Shown here piece by piece: positions 46,439-55,494 of a stretch of 57,600 bases of DNA. Both the position numbers and the translations under genes were made by a program. Where the stretch lies: the IMG/VR virus record IMGVR_UViG_3300044490_000059, positions 1-57,600 of that record, one strand, 5' to 3'. The notes under the pieces are model-generated. The model ran no database searches, had not been told where the DNA came from, and worked only from the letters and a program-made list of their open reading frames with translations. The stretch's first letter is position 1. Every line of letters starts with the position of its first letter. The stretch comes from a virus. Taxonomy: Duplodnaviria > Caudoviricetes.

Positions 46439-49116
46439 GTAAGACCAGAAAGTTGCAGTTCGAGTGTTTGGAAGCACGTCTGGTTCTATCGGCTGATTTA
46501 TGGCCGAAAGGCGCGGGGCTGAAGGCTGATGTCTTCGTGGATGGCGGTGCTGAGTTGTCGAAGGTGGGGCTGGAAAAGCCCGCCAACCTTGCTGGACTAA
46601 CACGCGAGGTGTTCTTCACCCGTAGTTCCGCTACGACGCGCGCTGTTATCGGTGGAAATGCCAACGATACCAACGGTGCACTGCTGTACCCCGATGGTCA
46701 GCCGAGATACTCCGTGCTCTACGTCAACGGCGGGTCAGGCACTCACGCCAGCGCGATGGGAGCAGCGGGACGCCAAGCGGTTGAGGCTTTCCATGCGAAC
46801 GGTGGCAGCTACACCGGCTCGTGTGCCGGTGAATTTGTGGCATCACGTCGCATCCCGGCGCTGTGGGGTGGGCAGGTCGGCAATCCTGGGCGAACCGGAA
46901 AACAAACGGTGGTCTTCGACGAAGTAGACCATCCCCTCGTGCAATACCTCGTGGGCTGGAACAACGGCAGCAATGTCGTCACGGGCATTCCGCACTATTG
47001 GGGTCCGCGTAACAGCGAAAGCTACCGTCACCCGGACGGGACCGAGTTCCTGGGTACGATCACTCGCGGGTTGTACACCGGGACTGACTTCCTGATCGAG
47101 TATCAGAAGTCGGCTGAGTCGGGAGGGACAGTCTTGAGTCCATCCCACCCGGAGTACAACCGAAACGCCGGTAATACGGCGTTGATGGCGGCGATCTTAA
47201 AGCGGGCCGACGATCTGTCGAAGGTGGAACCGGACATTAAAGGCACGCTGACCACGGATCAGTCCGTGGTCATGAGTGACCCGACGCAGAGAGTTGGTGA
47301 CGGTCAATATCACAGATACCTGGTCGAGGTGGCAGAGGGGACGAGCGTGCTGCACGTCGGGATCACCGGGCTCACGGGCAACGCGGATCTGTTTGTGCAG
47401 CGGGACGGCGTGGCACATGCCGGGGCGTACCTAGCGAAATCCACGGAGACCGGCGTGGCTGATGACACGATCACGCTCCTGAATCCACAGCCCGGTGTGT
47501 ACGAGATCAGCGTCTTCGGGGCGCATACGATCCTCAACGGTGCAGCTTACACTTTGTCGGTGCAGGCTCAGGCAGTGGATGCGGTGTTGGCAGAAGGCGA
47601 GTTTACTCGTGATCTCCCGGCGACTGCTTGGCCGAAAGGAGTGGGCTTGCGCGCCGACATCTTCGTGGACGGCGGGGACTATACCTCCAAGAAGTCTCTG
47701 GCAGCGCCCGCCAATCTCGCGGGCCTGACACGCGAAGTGTATTTCTCCTATAGTGCCGCTACGACGCGCCGCCTGATCGGCGGAAATCCTGACGATCTCA
47801 ATGGGGTGCTGCTGTTCCCCGATGGACAACCCCGGTTTAGCAGCATCTTTGTCAACGGCAAAAACTCGCCCCTCCACTCCCGGGCGCTGGGTGAAACCGG
47901 ACGCCAAGCGATTGCCGATTTCTATTCAGCGGGTGGCAGCTACACTGGAAGCTGTGGCGGCGAGTTCCTGGCCGCCTACTACATCCCGTCGATCTGGGGC
48001 GGGGAGGTCTATCGACACAGCACAACCGGACGGCAAACAGTGACGTTCGACGAGGATCATCCTATCGTGGACTATCTGAAGGCGTGGAATGGCGACAGCA
48101 ACATCGTCTCGAACATTCCGTACTACTGGGGACCAGTGAATCGTGAGTCCTTCCGCCATCCCGATGGAACACAGTTTCTCGGAACTGTGACGGGCGGGCT
48201 GTATAAAGGCGCTGACTTTCTGGTCGAGTACCAGAGAGACAGCGAATCGGGGGTTGCGGTTCTCAGTCCAGCACATCCTGAATACAACCGCAACGCCAGT
48301 AATACGGCGTTGATGGCTGCAATTCTGAAGCGAGCTAACGATTTGTCTCGCGTGACGCCGGACATTAAGGGGGTGCTGACACCCGATCAATCCGTGGTCA
48401 TGGATGGCCCGACACAGAAAATCGGTGATGGTCAGTACCATAGATACACGGTTGAGGTTCCAGCGGGGGTGAGTACCTTGCACGTTGGTCTGAGTGGTTT
48501 GACAGCTAACGTCGATCTCTTTCTCCAGAGAGAAGGTCCAGCACACACTGGCAGCTACCTAGTGAAGTCTGCGGTCACCGGTACTGCTGACGATACAATC
48601 ACGATTCCCAGCCCGGAACCCGGCAGGTACGAGATCAGTGTGTATGGGAACCATGCGGTGTTGAATGGTGCCGCCTACACGCTGTCGGTCAAGGCGCAGG
48701 CTGTGGACATGGTGTTAGCGGAAGCAGAACTGGGAGGTTGGAACATGGGCGACGAATTGAAAGTTAGTGATCCGTACCGGCCACAGGGAAACCCTGAAGT
48801 ACGACTGGAGATCAAGGCTACCAATGGTGACGTGGTAAAGATCGACGGTCCGTACAACTTTGGGTATAGCCCTGATGCCAAGTTGGAAATCAAGGGCACT
48901 GAAGACCCGGAAGCTGCTAACTTGCGGTTGACCAAAGAGGGCGATGAGGTCCACGAGTTGTTGGCGGCAGCGTTGCGGCTGTTGAAGAATCGTGGCTACT
49001 ACTGGGGTTGGGACATGGCGTTGCAGCAGTACGGCTACTTCAGCCAGGGTCAGTATGTGGGCCCCGAGTTGATGGATCTGGTGAAACTGGAGGTTCGACA
49101 ATATGCCCAGCAATGA
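46435..49116 (+). CDS. planctomycete-type secreted protein: LExRxxL leader + 2x[BPL_N/GATase-I-like + PPC domain] + unrelated C-terminal segment
   Basis: RKLQFECLEARLVLS; GGSYTGSCAG/GGSYTGSCGG and SHPE/AHPE; GNADLFVQ...DDTITL...G.YEISV; unit of about 375 aa duplicated. Confidence 0.7.
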   Translation: MSKTRKLQFECLEARLVLSADLWPKGAGLKADVFVDGGAELSKVGLEKPANLAGLTREVFFTRSSATTRAVIGGNANDTNGALLYPDGQPRYSVLYVNGGSGTHASAMGAAGRQAVEAFHANGGSYTGSCAGEFVASRRIPALWGGQVGNPGRTGKQTVVFDEVDHPLVQYLVGWNNGSNVVTGIPHYWGPRNSESYRHPDGTEFLGTITRGLYTGTDFLIEYQKSAESGGTVLSPSHPEYNRNAGNTALMAAILKRADDLSKVEPDIKGTLTTDQSVVMSDPTQRVGDGQYHRYLVEVAEGTSVLHVGITGLTGNADLFVQRDGVAHAGAYLAKSTETGVADDTITLLNPQPGVYEISVFGAHTILNGAAYTLSVQAQAVDAVLAEGEFTRDLPATAWPKGVGLRADIFVDGGDYTSKKSLAAPANLAGLTREVYFSYSAATTRRLIGGNPDDLNGVLLFPDGQPRFSSIFVNGKNSPLHSRALGETGRQAIADFYSAGGSYTGSCGGEFLAAYYIPSIWGGEVYRHSTTGRQTVTFDEDHPIVDYLKAWNGDSNIVSNIPYYWGPVNRESFRHPDGTQFLGTVTGGLYKGADFLVEYQRDSESGVAVLSPAHPEYNRNASNTALMAAILKRANDLSRVTPDIKGVLTPDQSVVMDGPTQKIGDGQYHRYTVEVPAGVSTLHVGLSGLTANVDLFLQREGPAHTGSYLVKSAVTGTADDTITIPSPEPGRYEISVYGNHAVLNGAAYTLSVKAQAVDMVLAEAELGGWNMGDELKVSDPYRPQGNPEVRLEIKATNGDVVKIDGPYNFGYSPDAKLEIKGTEDPEAANLRLTKEGDEVHELLAAALRLLKNRGYYWGWDMALQQYGYFSQGQYVGPELMDLVKLEVRQYAQQ

Positions 49117-49315
49117 GGCTTGGATTGCTACGTTGCCCCGTGTCATAGCTATCGCCACTCGTAGTGGCTATCGCTGGGACTGTCCGCATTGTGGAGGTTA
49201 CCACCTGCGCCTGGGGTTGGGCCCACGACGGAAGCTGGGTGCTGCCCGCTGCAAGGCGACTGGCAGACGATTACATCGCTGGGTCAACGTCGTGGGGATT
49301 ATCGAGAGGAGGTAA
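49103..49315 (+). CDS. small hypothetical protein (CPHC)
   Basis: GGAGG RBS. Confidence 0.5.
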   Translation: MPSNEAWIATLPRVIAIATRSGYRWDCPHCGGYHLRLGLGPRRKLGAARCKATGRRLHRWVNVVGIIERR

Positions 49316-49318
49316 AAC

Positions 49319-49561
49319 ATGGCTAAGCGCAAGCGGAAGTCGGATTCCACTACCCGTGTGGTGCTTATCGAAATTGGTCTGCCCATGACCATGGAGAAAC
49401 TCCTGGAGGTAGTGGAGACTTTCAGGAGCTGGGTCTTCCAGGAACTTCTGGCTTTGCAGGAGGACTGTGATTGTGAGCATTGCCCCAATCCCTGCACTCC
49501 AGAGAAGCGGGCTACCCAGTTTCGTCACCGGGTTTACCGGGAGGAGGAACAACAGAACTAG
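49319..49561 (+). CDS. small hypothetical protein
   Basis: AGGAGGT RBS. Confidence 0.55.
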   Translation: MAKRKRKSDSTTRVVLIEIGLPMTMEKLLEVVETFRSWVFQELLALQEDCDCEHCPNPCTPEKRATQFRHRVYREEEQQN

Positions 49562-49635
49562 GTCTTGCCGTGGAGGAGCTAGTCTTGGAAACTACTCCTA
49601 GTCAATGTTCGTTCGTGACCAGCAAGGAGACTGTT

Positions 49636-49935
49636 ATGCCGCGCAAGAAAAACCTACCTACCCTGGATCGTGGAACTTCCCTGGCCGTCCCGGAGGAGTT
49701 GACCCCTGAGGAAGTCTTCAAGGCTGCCTTGATCGGAGCCACCATTGCCGCCTTCCAACCGGGGAGCAGTCTGCATCAGAACTCCCGCAAGGACCGGCTG
49801 ATGGAGACCTATGTGGAGAATGTCCTCTCCTTCTCGCACTTGCTCTCCCAACGGGCTGCGCAGTTGTTGAAGCAACCGCTGGCTCCCCACCGGTTGCCGG
49901 AAGAGGAGGAGGAAGATCTTCCTGAGTCAGCGTGA
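49636..49935 (+). CDS. hypothetical protein
   Basis: AAGGAG RBS before ATG 49636. Confidence 0.55.
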   Translation: MPRKKNLPTLDRGTSLAVPEELTPEEVFKAALIGATIAAFQPGSSLHQNSRKDRLMETYVENVLSFSHLLSQRAAQLLKQPLAPHRLPEEEEEDLPESA

Positions 49936-49965
49936 CCCTTCCGTTTCGTTCCCTGGAGTGAACCC

Positions 49966-50850
49966 ATGAAACGCTTGTTGCTGTCCCTACCCTGTTACGG
50001 AGGAGGCTTGCGGCATGAGGTGGCAGCCGCCTTCTTCACGAATAGCCTGAACGGCTACACCTCAACCCTGGACCCGGAGGGAGTCCAGGTGGATCGCCGG
50101 ATCTTCGAGTGTTCCCTCCTGGCCCGAGGTTTCAATCAGGCTTGGTGTACGGCGCTATCTGCCGAGTACGACTACTTCGTGATGCTTCATGCGGACATCG
50201 TGCCTCAGCCCGGTTGGCTGGAGAAGCTGATCGAGCTGATCGAAACCACCTCGTACCGCATGATCTCGGCGGTAGTCCCGCTGAAGTCCCCGCTGGGGAT
50301 TACCTCCACGGGAGTGGGCTTCCTGGATAACTGGTACGGGATCCGTAAGCGGTTGACCATGCAGGAGGTCTTCCGGCTCCCGGAGACTTTCGACATCACC
50401 CACCTGTATGCAGCCGGGATTTTACCGCCTGCCGAAAACCCTGCCGTGGAGGATGTGCTGCTGGTCAATACCGGCTGTTTCATTGCCAATCTGACTGCCT
50501 CTTACGCCTTCCATACCCTGGATGGAGACGGGGCTCTGATCCATCACTTCCGCATTGAGGATCGGGTGCTGGTACGTTCCGCCCAGGAAGTCTGGAAGGA
50601 AACCCGTCTGCGGGGGGTTCCCATGGAGACTATTGCCAACTCTCAGGACTCGCGGCAGCAATACCTCGTGGAGACGATCCCTGAAGACTGGGGATTTTCC
50701 CGCACTATGGCAGCCTATAACATCCCCTATGCTGCCACTCGAGCTGTCCGTGTGAATCACTTGGGTACCACTTCTTTCCACAACTTCGCTCCTTGGGGAG
50801 TGGAGCGGGAGTTTGACCCCGTGCCCAATCAACTGGTGGTGGCTAAATAA
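49966..50850 (+). CDS. GT-A fold (GT2-like) glycosyltransferase
   Basis: SLLARGFN, YFVMLHADI, NTGCF, EDWGFSR, VNHLG. Confidence 0.7.
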   Translation: MKRLLLSLPCYGGGLRHEVAAAFFTNSLNGYTSTLDPEGVQVDRRIFECSLLARGFNQAWCTALSAEYDYFVMLHADIVPQPGWLEKLIELIETTSYRMISAVVPLKSPLGITSTGVGFLDNWYGIRKRLTMQEVFRLPETFDITHLYAAGILPPAENPAVEDVLLVNTGCFIANLTASYAFHTLDGDGALIHHFRIEDRVLVRSAQEVWKETRLRGVPMETIANSQDSRQQYLVETIPEDWGFSRTMAAYNIPYAATRAVRVNHLGTTSFHNFAPWGVEREFDPVPNQLVVAK

Positions 50851-50872
50851 TTCCCGCACTAAAGAGGGTGCT

Positions 50873-52450
50873 ATGCCGTCCCTGCCCACCCTGAAATGGA
50901 CGGGCTTCATACCGCACCAGCCCACCGTCAAACAGCTGGCCTTCCTGCTCCTGCCGCATGGGGAGGCGCTGTTTGGCGGTGCTGCGGGTGGTGGTAAGAG
51001 TGATGCCCTCTTAATGGCTGCCCTGCAATACGTGGACATTCCCGGCTATGCGAGTATAATCTTCCGTAAGACGCTCTCAGACCTCAAACAACCCGGAGCC
51101 CTGATCGACCGCTCCCACCAATGGCTCTACTCCACAGACGCTAAATGGGTCGGTGGTGAGCACGCTTGGTATTTCCCCACCGTGGATGAAAACGGTCACG
51201 AATCCCACCCCTCCAAGCTGGTCTTTGGGTATGTGGGAGAACAACGGGGGGATGCCTCCAATGTCCTACGCTATCAGGGTATCGAGGTCCAATACGTCGC
51301 CTGGGACGAACTCACGCAACACGACGAGAGTGACTACCGCTACCTCTTCTCGCGCCGCCGTCGTCTCGCCTGCCCAGTGCATCGCGTTGATGCGCAGGGT
51401 AGTCCCGTCTACGTCCCGGACTGTCCTACTTGTGAAAGATACCGACGTTTACCCTTGCGGGTGCGGGCCGCCACTAATCCAGGAGGTCCAGGTGCCGTCT
51501 GGGTGAAGCGCCGCTTCCGCATCGGACCCCACCTAGACCCCCGAGAAGCTGATCGGCTCGGAGTCCAGGTCCGCTGGGTGGGCAAGCATCCCCGGCGTCC
51601 CTTCATCCCCTCCTTCCTGGAAGACAATCCCTTCCTGGACCAGACCGCCTACGATGACGGCCTGCGCCAACTGGATCCCGTCACCCGCGAACAGCTCCGA
51701 CGCGGCAACTGGGGCATCTCCCCTGACTCCCGTTTCAAGCGCGCCTGGGCCCGCTACTTCTCCCGCCGAGGGGATTACATCGTCCTGGGCCTGAATGGCT
51801 GTGGTCCCGAGCATCACCTGTCTACCCTCCAGAAAATCTTCTGCACCGTGGACCCGGCTGGTTCCGTCAAGGAATCTCCGGGGGCTCCGCAGATCTGGCG
51901 GCAGGCTGCCAGCTACACCGTGATCTCCGTTTGGGGATTGACCAACGACTTCAATCTCCTCTGGTTGGACATGATCCGCTTTCGGCGGGAAATTCCCGAC
52001 ATCGTAGACCAGCTCCGCGCCACGTATCGCAAGTGGCGTCCCGCCTACTTCACCATCGAAGCCAATGGTCTGGGCCGGGGAATCTACCAGTACGCCGTCC
52101 GTTCCGGCCTGCCCGTCCGCGCTGTCTCCAAAACCACGGACAAGCTCATCAATGCCACCGATGCCATGGTGCGCATGAAGGAGGGTAAGGTCTGGCTGCC
52201 GGAGGAGGCTTCCTGGCTGGAAACCTGCGAGGACGAGTTGTTCACCTGGACCGGCCATCCCCATGCCGAGTCGGACGACATCATCGACACTCTCTCCGAC
52301 GCGGCTCGAGAAGTTTCCTGGGAGGCAGCCGGTAACGAACAGGTTACCTCCCTGGACCTGGACTTGGCCCTGGCTCCCCAGGACATACCTACTGTCCTGC
52401 CCCACCATCTCACCGGTTTACGGCAGGGCTACGATCCCTACTCGTTCTGA
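50873..52450 (+). CDS. terL: terminase large subunit
   Basis: FGGAAGGGKS, YQGIE...WDELTQ, ATNPGG, DNPFL, TVDPA, DDIIDTLS. Confidence 0.93.
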   Translation: MPSLPTLKWTGFIPHQPTVKQLAFLLLPHGEALFGGAAGGGKSDALLMAALQYVDIPGYASIIFRKTLSDLKQPGALIDRSHQWLYSTDAKWVGGEHAWYFPTVDENGHESHPSKLVFGYVGEQRGDASNVLRYQGIEVQYVAWDELTQHDESDYRYLFSRRRRLACPVHRVDAQGSPVYVPDCPTCERYRRLPLRVRAATNPGGPGAVWVKRRFRIGPHLDPREADRLGVQVRWVGKHPRRPFIPSFLEDNPFLDQTAYDDGLRQLDPVTREQLRRGNWGISPDSRFKRAWARYFSRRGDYIVLGLNGCGPEHHLSTLQKIFCTVDPAGSVKESPGAPQIWRQAASYTVISVWGLTNDFNLLWLDMIRFRREIPDIVDQLRATYRKWRPAYFTIEANGLGRGIYQYAVRSGLPVRAVSKTTDKLINATDAMVRMKEGKVWLPEEASWLETCEDELFTWTGHPHAESDDIIDTLSDAAREVSWEAAGNEQVTSLDLDLALAPQDIPTVLPHHLTGLRQGYDPYSF

Positions 52451-52536
52451 GGGGTTCCGGTCCAAAGTTGACCCCCGCCTCGGAATGCGGTACTCTATGG
52501 GCTGATCCCCCTTCCTGCCCTGTGAGGAGCATTCTC

Positions 52537-52971
52537 ATGGCTGACTTGAGTATCACCGCTGCCAATGTGGTGAAGGGTTCCGACGCCAATTTCGAGACCG
52601 GCACTTCCGGTGATACCCTGACAGCGGGCATGTCCGTTTACAAGGACACTGCCGATAGCAACAAGTGGAAGAAAGCCAGCGCCGCCTCCACGGCAGCTCT
52701 CGCCGGTTCAGGAGGCATTGGCATCGCCCTGCACGCTGCCTCTTCCGGCCAACCCATCGTCGTGCAGACGGGCGGCACCATCACCATCGGAGCCACCATT
52801 GCCGTGGGTCAGGTGTACGTGGTTTCTCCTACCGCAGCCGGTGGGATCGCACCCTTCACCGACCTGAACACCAACAACTACGTGACCTACCTGGGCTACG
52901 GCTCCACGACTGCCATCCTCAAGATGCTGTCGATTGCCACCGGCCTCCAGGCTGGCACCGATTTGGCCTGA
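52537..52971 (+). CDS. small virion protein (capsid decoration/fibre-like)
   Basis: MADLSITAANV, GDTLTAGMSVY, GIALHAA..GQP; GAGGAG RBS. Confidence 0.65.
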   Translation: MADLSITAANVVKGSDANFETGTSGDTLTAGMSVYKDTADSNKWKKASAASTAALAGSGGIGIALHAASSGQPIVVQTGGTITIGATIAVGQVYVVSPTAAGGIAPFTDLNTNNYVTYLGYGSTTAILKMLSIATGLQAGTDLA

Positions 52972-53012
52972 TCCGCTGGAATTATTCCCGCACTAACGGC
53001 AGGTAAGCAGTC

Positions 53013-54533
53013 ATGGCGAAGTTCAAGAAGCGGATCGTGCTGGCGGGGATGTATGAGATTCCCCAGCCGGATGGCAGCTATCGGCGGGAGTTCATCGACC
53101 CGGAGCGCCTGGAACACTGGGCGGATACCGCCCGCACCATGCTCCAGCGCGGCTTCCGCATCCCGGCTCCCTGGAACCACGATGGAGCTGCTCTGCCCGT
53201 CCAGGTAGGTGTAGACGGTACACTCTCCAGTGCCCTGGACAACGGGGGCTGGTGGACCGGCTTTACTGTGGAGGAGGAGCTTGACGGCACGCCTGCCTTG
53301 TACGGCGTACTGGAAATTCCCGGAGAGATTGCCGATCCCCACTCCCTCGCCAGCAAGATCGGGCAGACCATCAAGGACACCAGCGTCTATGTGCGGCCCG
53401 AATTTCGGGATTCCAGCGGGCAAGCCTGGACGGATGCCCTGATGCACGTTGCCCTGGTGACGCATCCCATCGAGCACAATCAGCCCAACTTCACCCCTCT
53501 GGACACCGCCACCGGCCAGCGTTCCGCCACGGATCCCGGACTGCTCCCCGCAGGTTCCCTGGCTCTGTGCATGAACTACTGCCGCTACCCGGTGCGGATG
53601 GCCCTCCCGGCAGCCACAGGTTCCGTTTCCTCCAGAAAAACCGGAGGTGCCGGAGGTCCGGGAATGCCGGGTACCCCTGGCAAGGGAAAATCCCCGGCTG
53701 CCAGCTCTGCCGACAAGTCCCTCCAAAGCAGCTTGGGACAGGAAGGCGGGGACGCCCAGATCAACAGCTTCCAGGAATTGTTGCTTCGATTACGAGAAGT
53801 TGCTAAGATTGCACTTCCAGAGGACACCTCACCGGAGAACTTGATTGAGCGACTGCGTGTGGCGCTCTTGCAGAAAGCAGCTTCCGAGGAGGAAGAGGAT
53901 CAAGGTTCGATAACTACTCCACCGGAGGGGGCGACGGAACAACCGGCCCCGGTACTCATGAGCTTCAACCCCAAGCAAATCGCCAGTATCCTCGCCTCGA
54001 AGGTTGTCAACCCGGACACCGGACAGCCCTTCACGGAGGCTGAACTCAAAGCTGTGGGCAGCACTCCCGCTCCCGCCCCCGTCACGCCTCCCGCAGACGA
54101 AGTGGTGATGTCACATCCCCGCTATCAGGAGCTGGAGAAGTCGGCGGGGTTCCTGGCGGCACGTTTGAACGAACAGGCGCTGGCGGGGCTCCGCACGCGC
54201 ATCAAGGGGCTCATCTCTGGTCCCAAGGCCAAGATCACGCAGGAGTACGCCCAGAAGCACCTGGAGCCGCATCTGGCGGGCTTCAAGATGTCCTTCAATG
54301 CGGATGGTACGGTGCGCCCGCATCAGGTGGAGGTCATTCTGGATGCTCTGGAGGCCGTACCCACGGTGCTCGGTCCCTCGCGTTTGCTGCCGGGCACGGC
54401 CATGAGTCTGCCCGCTGCTCCGCAGGGAGTGGGGGCGGCTGTGGAACCCCTGCCTCCGGGATTTGAGGGTTCCCAGGTTTCCGAACAACAGGCGGCGGAA
54501 ATCGCCAATGAGTTTCTGAAAAACACGGTTTGA
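53013..54533 (+). CDS. prohead protease (Mu gpI-like) + scaffold
   Basis: PWNH, DTSVYV, ALMHVALVTHP; low-complexity/helical C-terminal half; upstream of the capsid genes. Confidence 0.75.
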   Translation: MAKFKKRIVLAGMYEIPQPDGSYRREFIDPERLEHWADTARTMLQRGFRIPAPWNHDGAALPVQVGVDGTLSSALDNGGWWTGFTVEEELDGTPALYGVLEIPGEIADPHSLASKIGQTIKDTSVYVRPEFRDSSGQAWTDALMHVALVTHPIEHNQPNFTPLDTATGQRSATDPGLLPAGSLALCMNYCRYPVRMALPAATGSVSSRKTGGAGGPGMPGTPGKGKSPAASSADKSLQSSLGQEGGDAQINSFQELLLRLREVAKIALPEDTSPENLIERLRVALLQKAASEEEEDQGSITTPPEGATEQPAPVLMSFNPKQIASILASKVVNPDTGQPFTEAELKAVGSTPAPAPVTPPADEVVMSHPRYQELEKSAGFLAARLNEQALAGLRTRIKGLISGPKAKITQEYAQKHLEPHLAGFKMSFNADGTVRPHQVEVILDALEAVPTVLGPSRLLPGTAMSLPAAPQGVGAAVEPLPPGFEGSQVSEQQAAEIANEFLKNTV

Positions 54534-54599
54534 GGAGCTACCGGTGCTCCCGGTTTCAGCGCACAAGTAGACCACTCCAGGAACGATTAGGAGCCAGCC

Positions 54600-55424
54600 A
54601 TGAGTTTCGAGTTCACCGGGGCGTTTGCCGTCCCTTCGATCCAGACGTACCTGGAGACCTACGAGAATCAGTTCTGGTTTGATCGGTACGAGAACCAGAT
54701 CTGGACGGGAGTGATTATCGACGGCGCTTCGGTCGATACCGGCAACACCAACTATACGGACATTCTCCGTCCGGGCCTCCTGTTGGGCCGGGTTACCTCT
54801 ACCGAGAAGTTGAAGCAGTGGAGCCCCACGGCGACCGATGGGACACAGGAGGTTTTCGGCATCCTGGGCCTGGGCTCCAAGATGCACCGGCTGGGCACCG
54901 ACACTGACCGTTGGCTGGGTCAGGTGATGGTGGCGGGCTATGTGAAGGCCGACCGGCTGTTGATTCCGGGAAATTCCTCGCTGGGAATCGCCAGCGATGC
55001 CAACGAGTGGCTGATCCGGTCCCAGATGTTCCGGCGCTTCGTCTTCTCCGACATGCTGTTCGGTCTGGGTCATGCCTTCGGTGGCTGGCGGAAGATTACT
55101 GCCAAGACCGCTGACTACACGGTGGTGGATGCGGACAACAACACCTTCTTCACCACCGAAGGTGCCACGGGGGCGGTCATCTTCACACTGCCCACAACCC
55201 CCAAGCTGGGGTTGCGGTACATGTTCTACAACTCCGAAGACCAGGACATGACCGTGGCGGCAGCTGCCAACACTGCCATCACCTATAACGATGTGACTGC
55301 CACCAGCGTCAAGGTGGGCACTGCCAATCAGAAGGCGGGCAGTGGTTTTGAGGCGATTGGTGACGGGACCAAGTGGATCATCGTGTGTCACTGTGCGCCC
55401 GCCGCGACTGTGACTGTGACCTGA
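54600..55424 (+). CDS. head decoration protein (lambda gpD-like) with C-terminal extension
   Basis: LRPGLLLGRVT...WSPTATDGTQEVFGIL; directly upstream of the MCP gene. Confidence 0.7.
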   Translation: MSFEFTGAFAVPSIQTYLETYENQFWFDRYENQIWTGVIIDGASVDTGNTNYTDILRPGLLLGRVTSTEKLKQWSPTATDGTQEVFGILGLGSKMHRLGTDTDRWLGQVMVAGYVKADRLLIPGNSSLGIASDANEWLIRSQMFRRFVFSDMLFGLGHAFGGWRKITAKTADYTVVDADNNTFFTTEGATGAVIFTLPTTPKLGLRYMFYNSEDQDMTVAAAANTAITYNDVTATSVKVGTANQKAGSGFEAIGDGTKWIIVCHCAPAATVTVT

Positions 55425-55494
55425 TTCAAACTCCGAGGGTTGTCCCGAATCGTAAGCCGGGAACTCCTTAGACCTGATGTAGAAGGATCAAGAA

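Noticed and set aside
46500-48730. Duplication as a DGR template/variable repeat pair
   Set aside because: No reverse transcriptase; both copies are in one ORF and differences are not adenine-specific
54111-55391. Long minus-strand ORFs (also 27705-28814, 39021-40184, 10798-11715 and others)
   Set aside because: They overlap well-supported + strand genes and are expected shadows in GC-rich DNA
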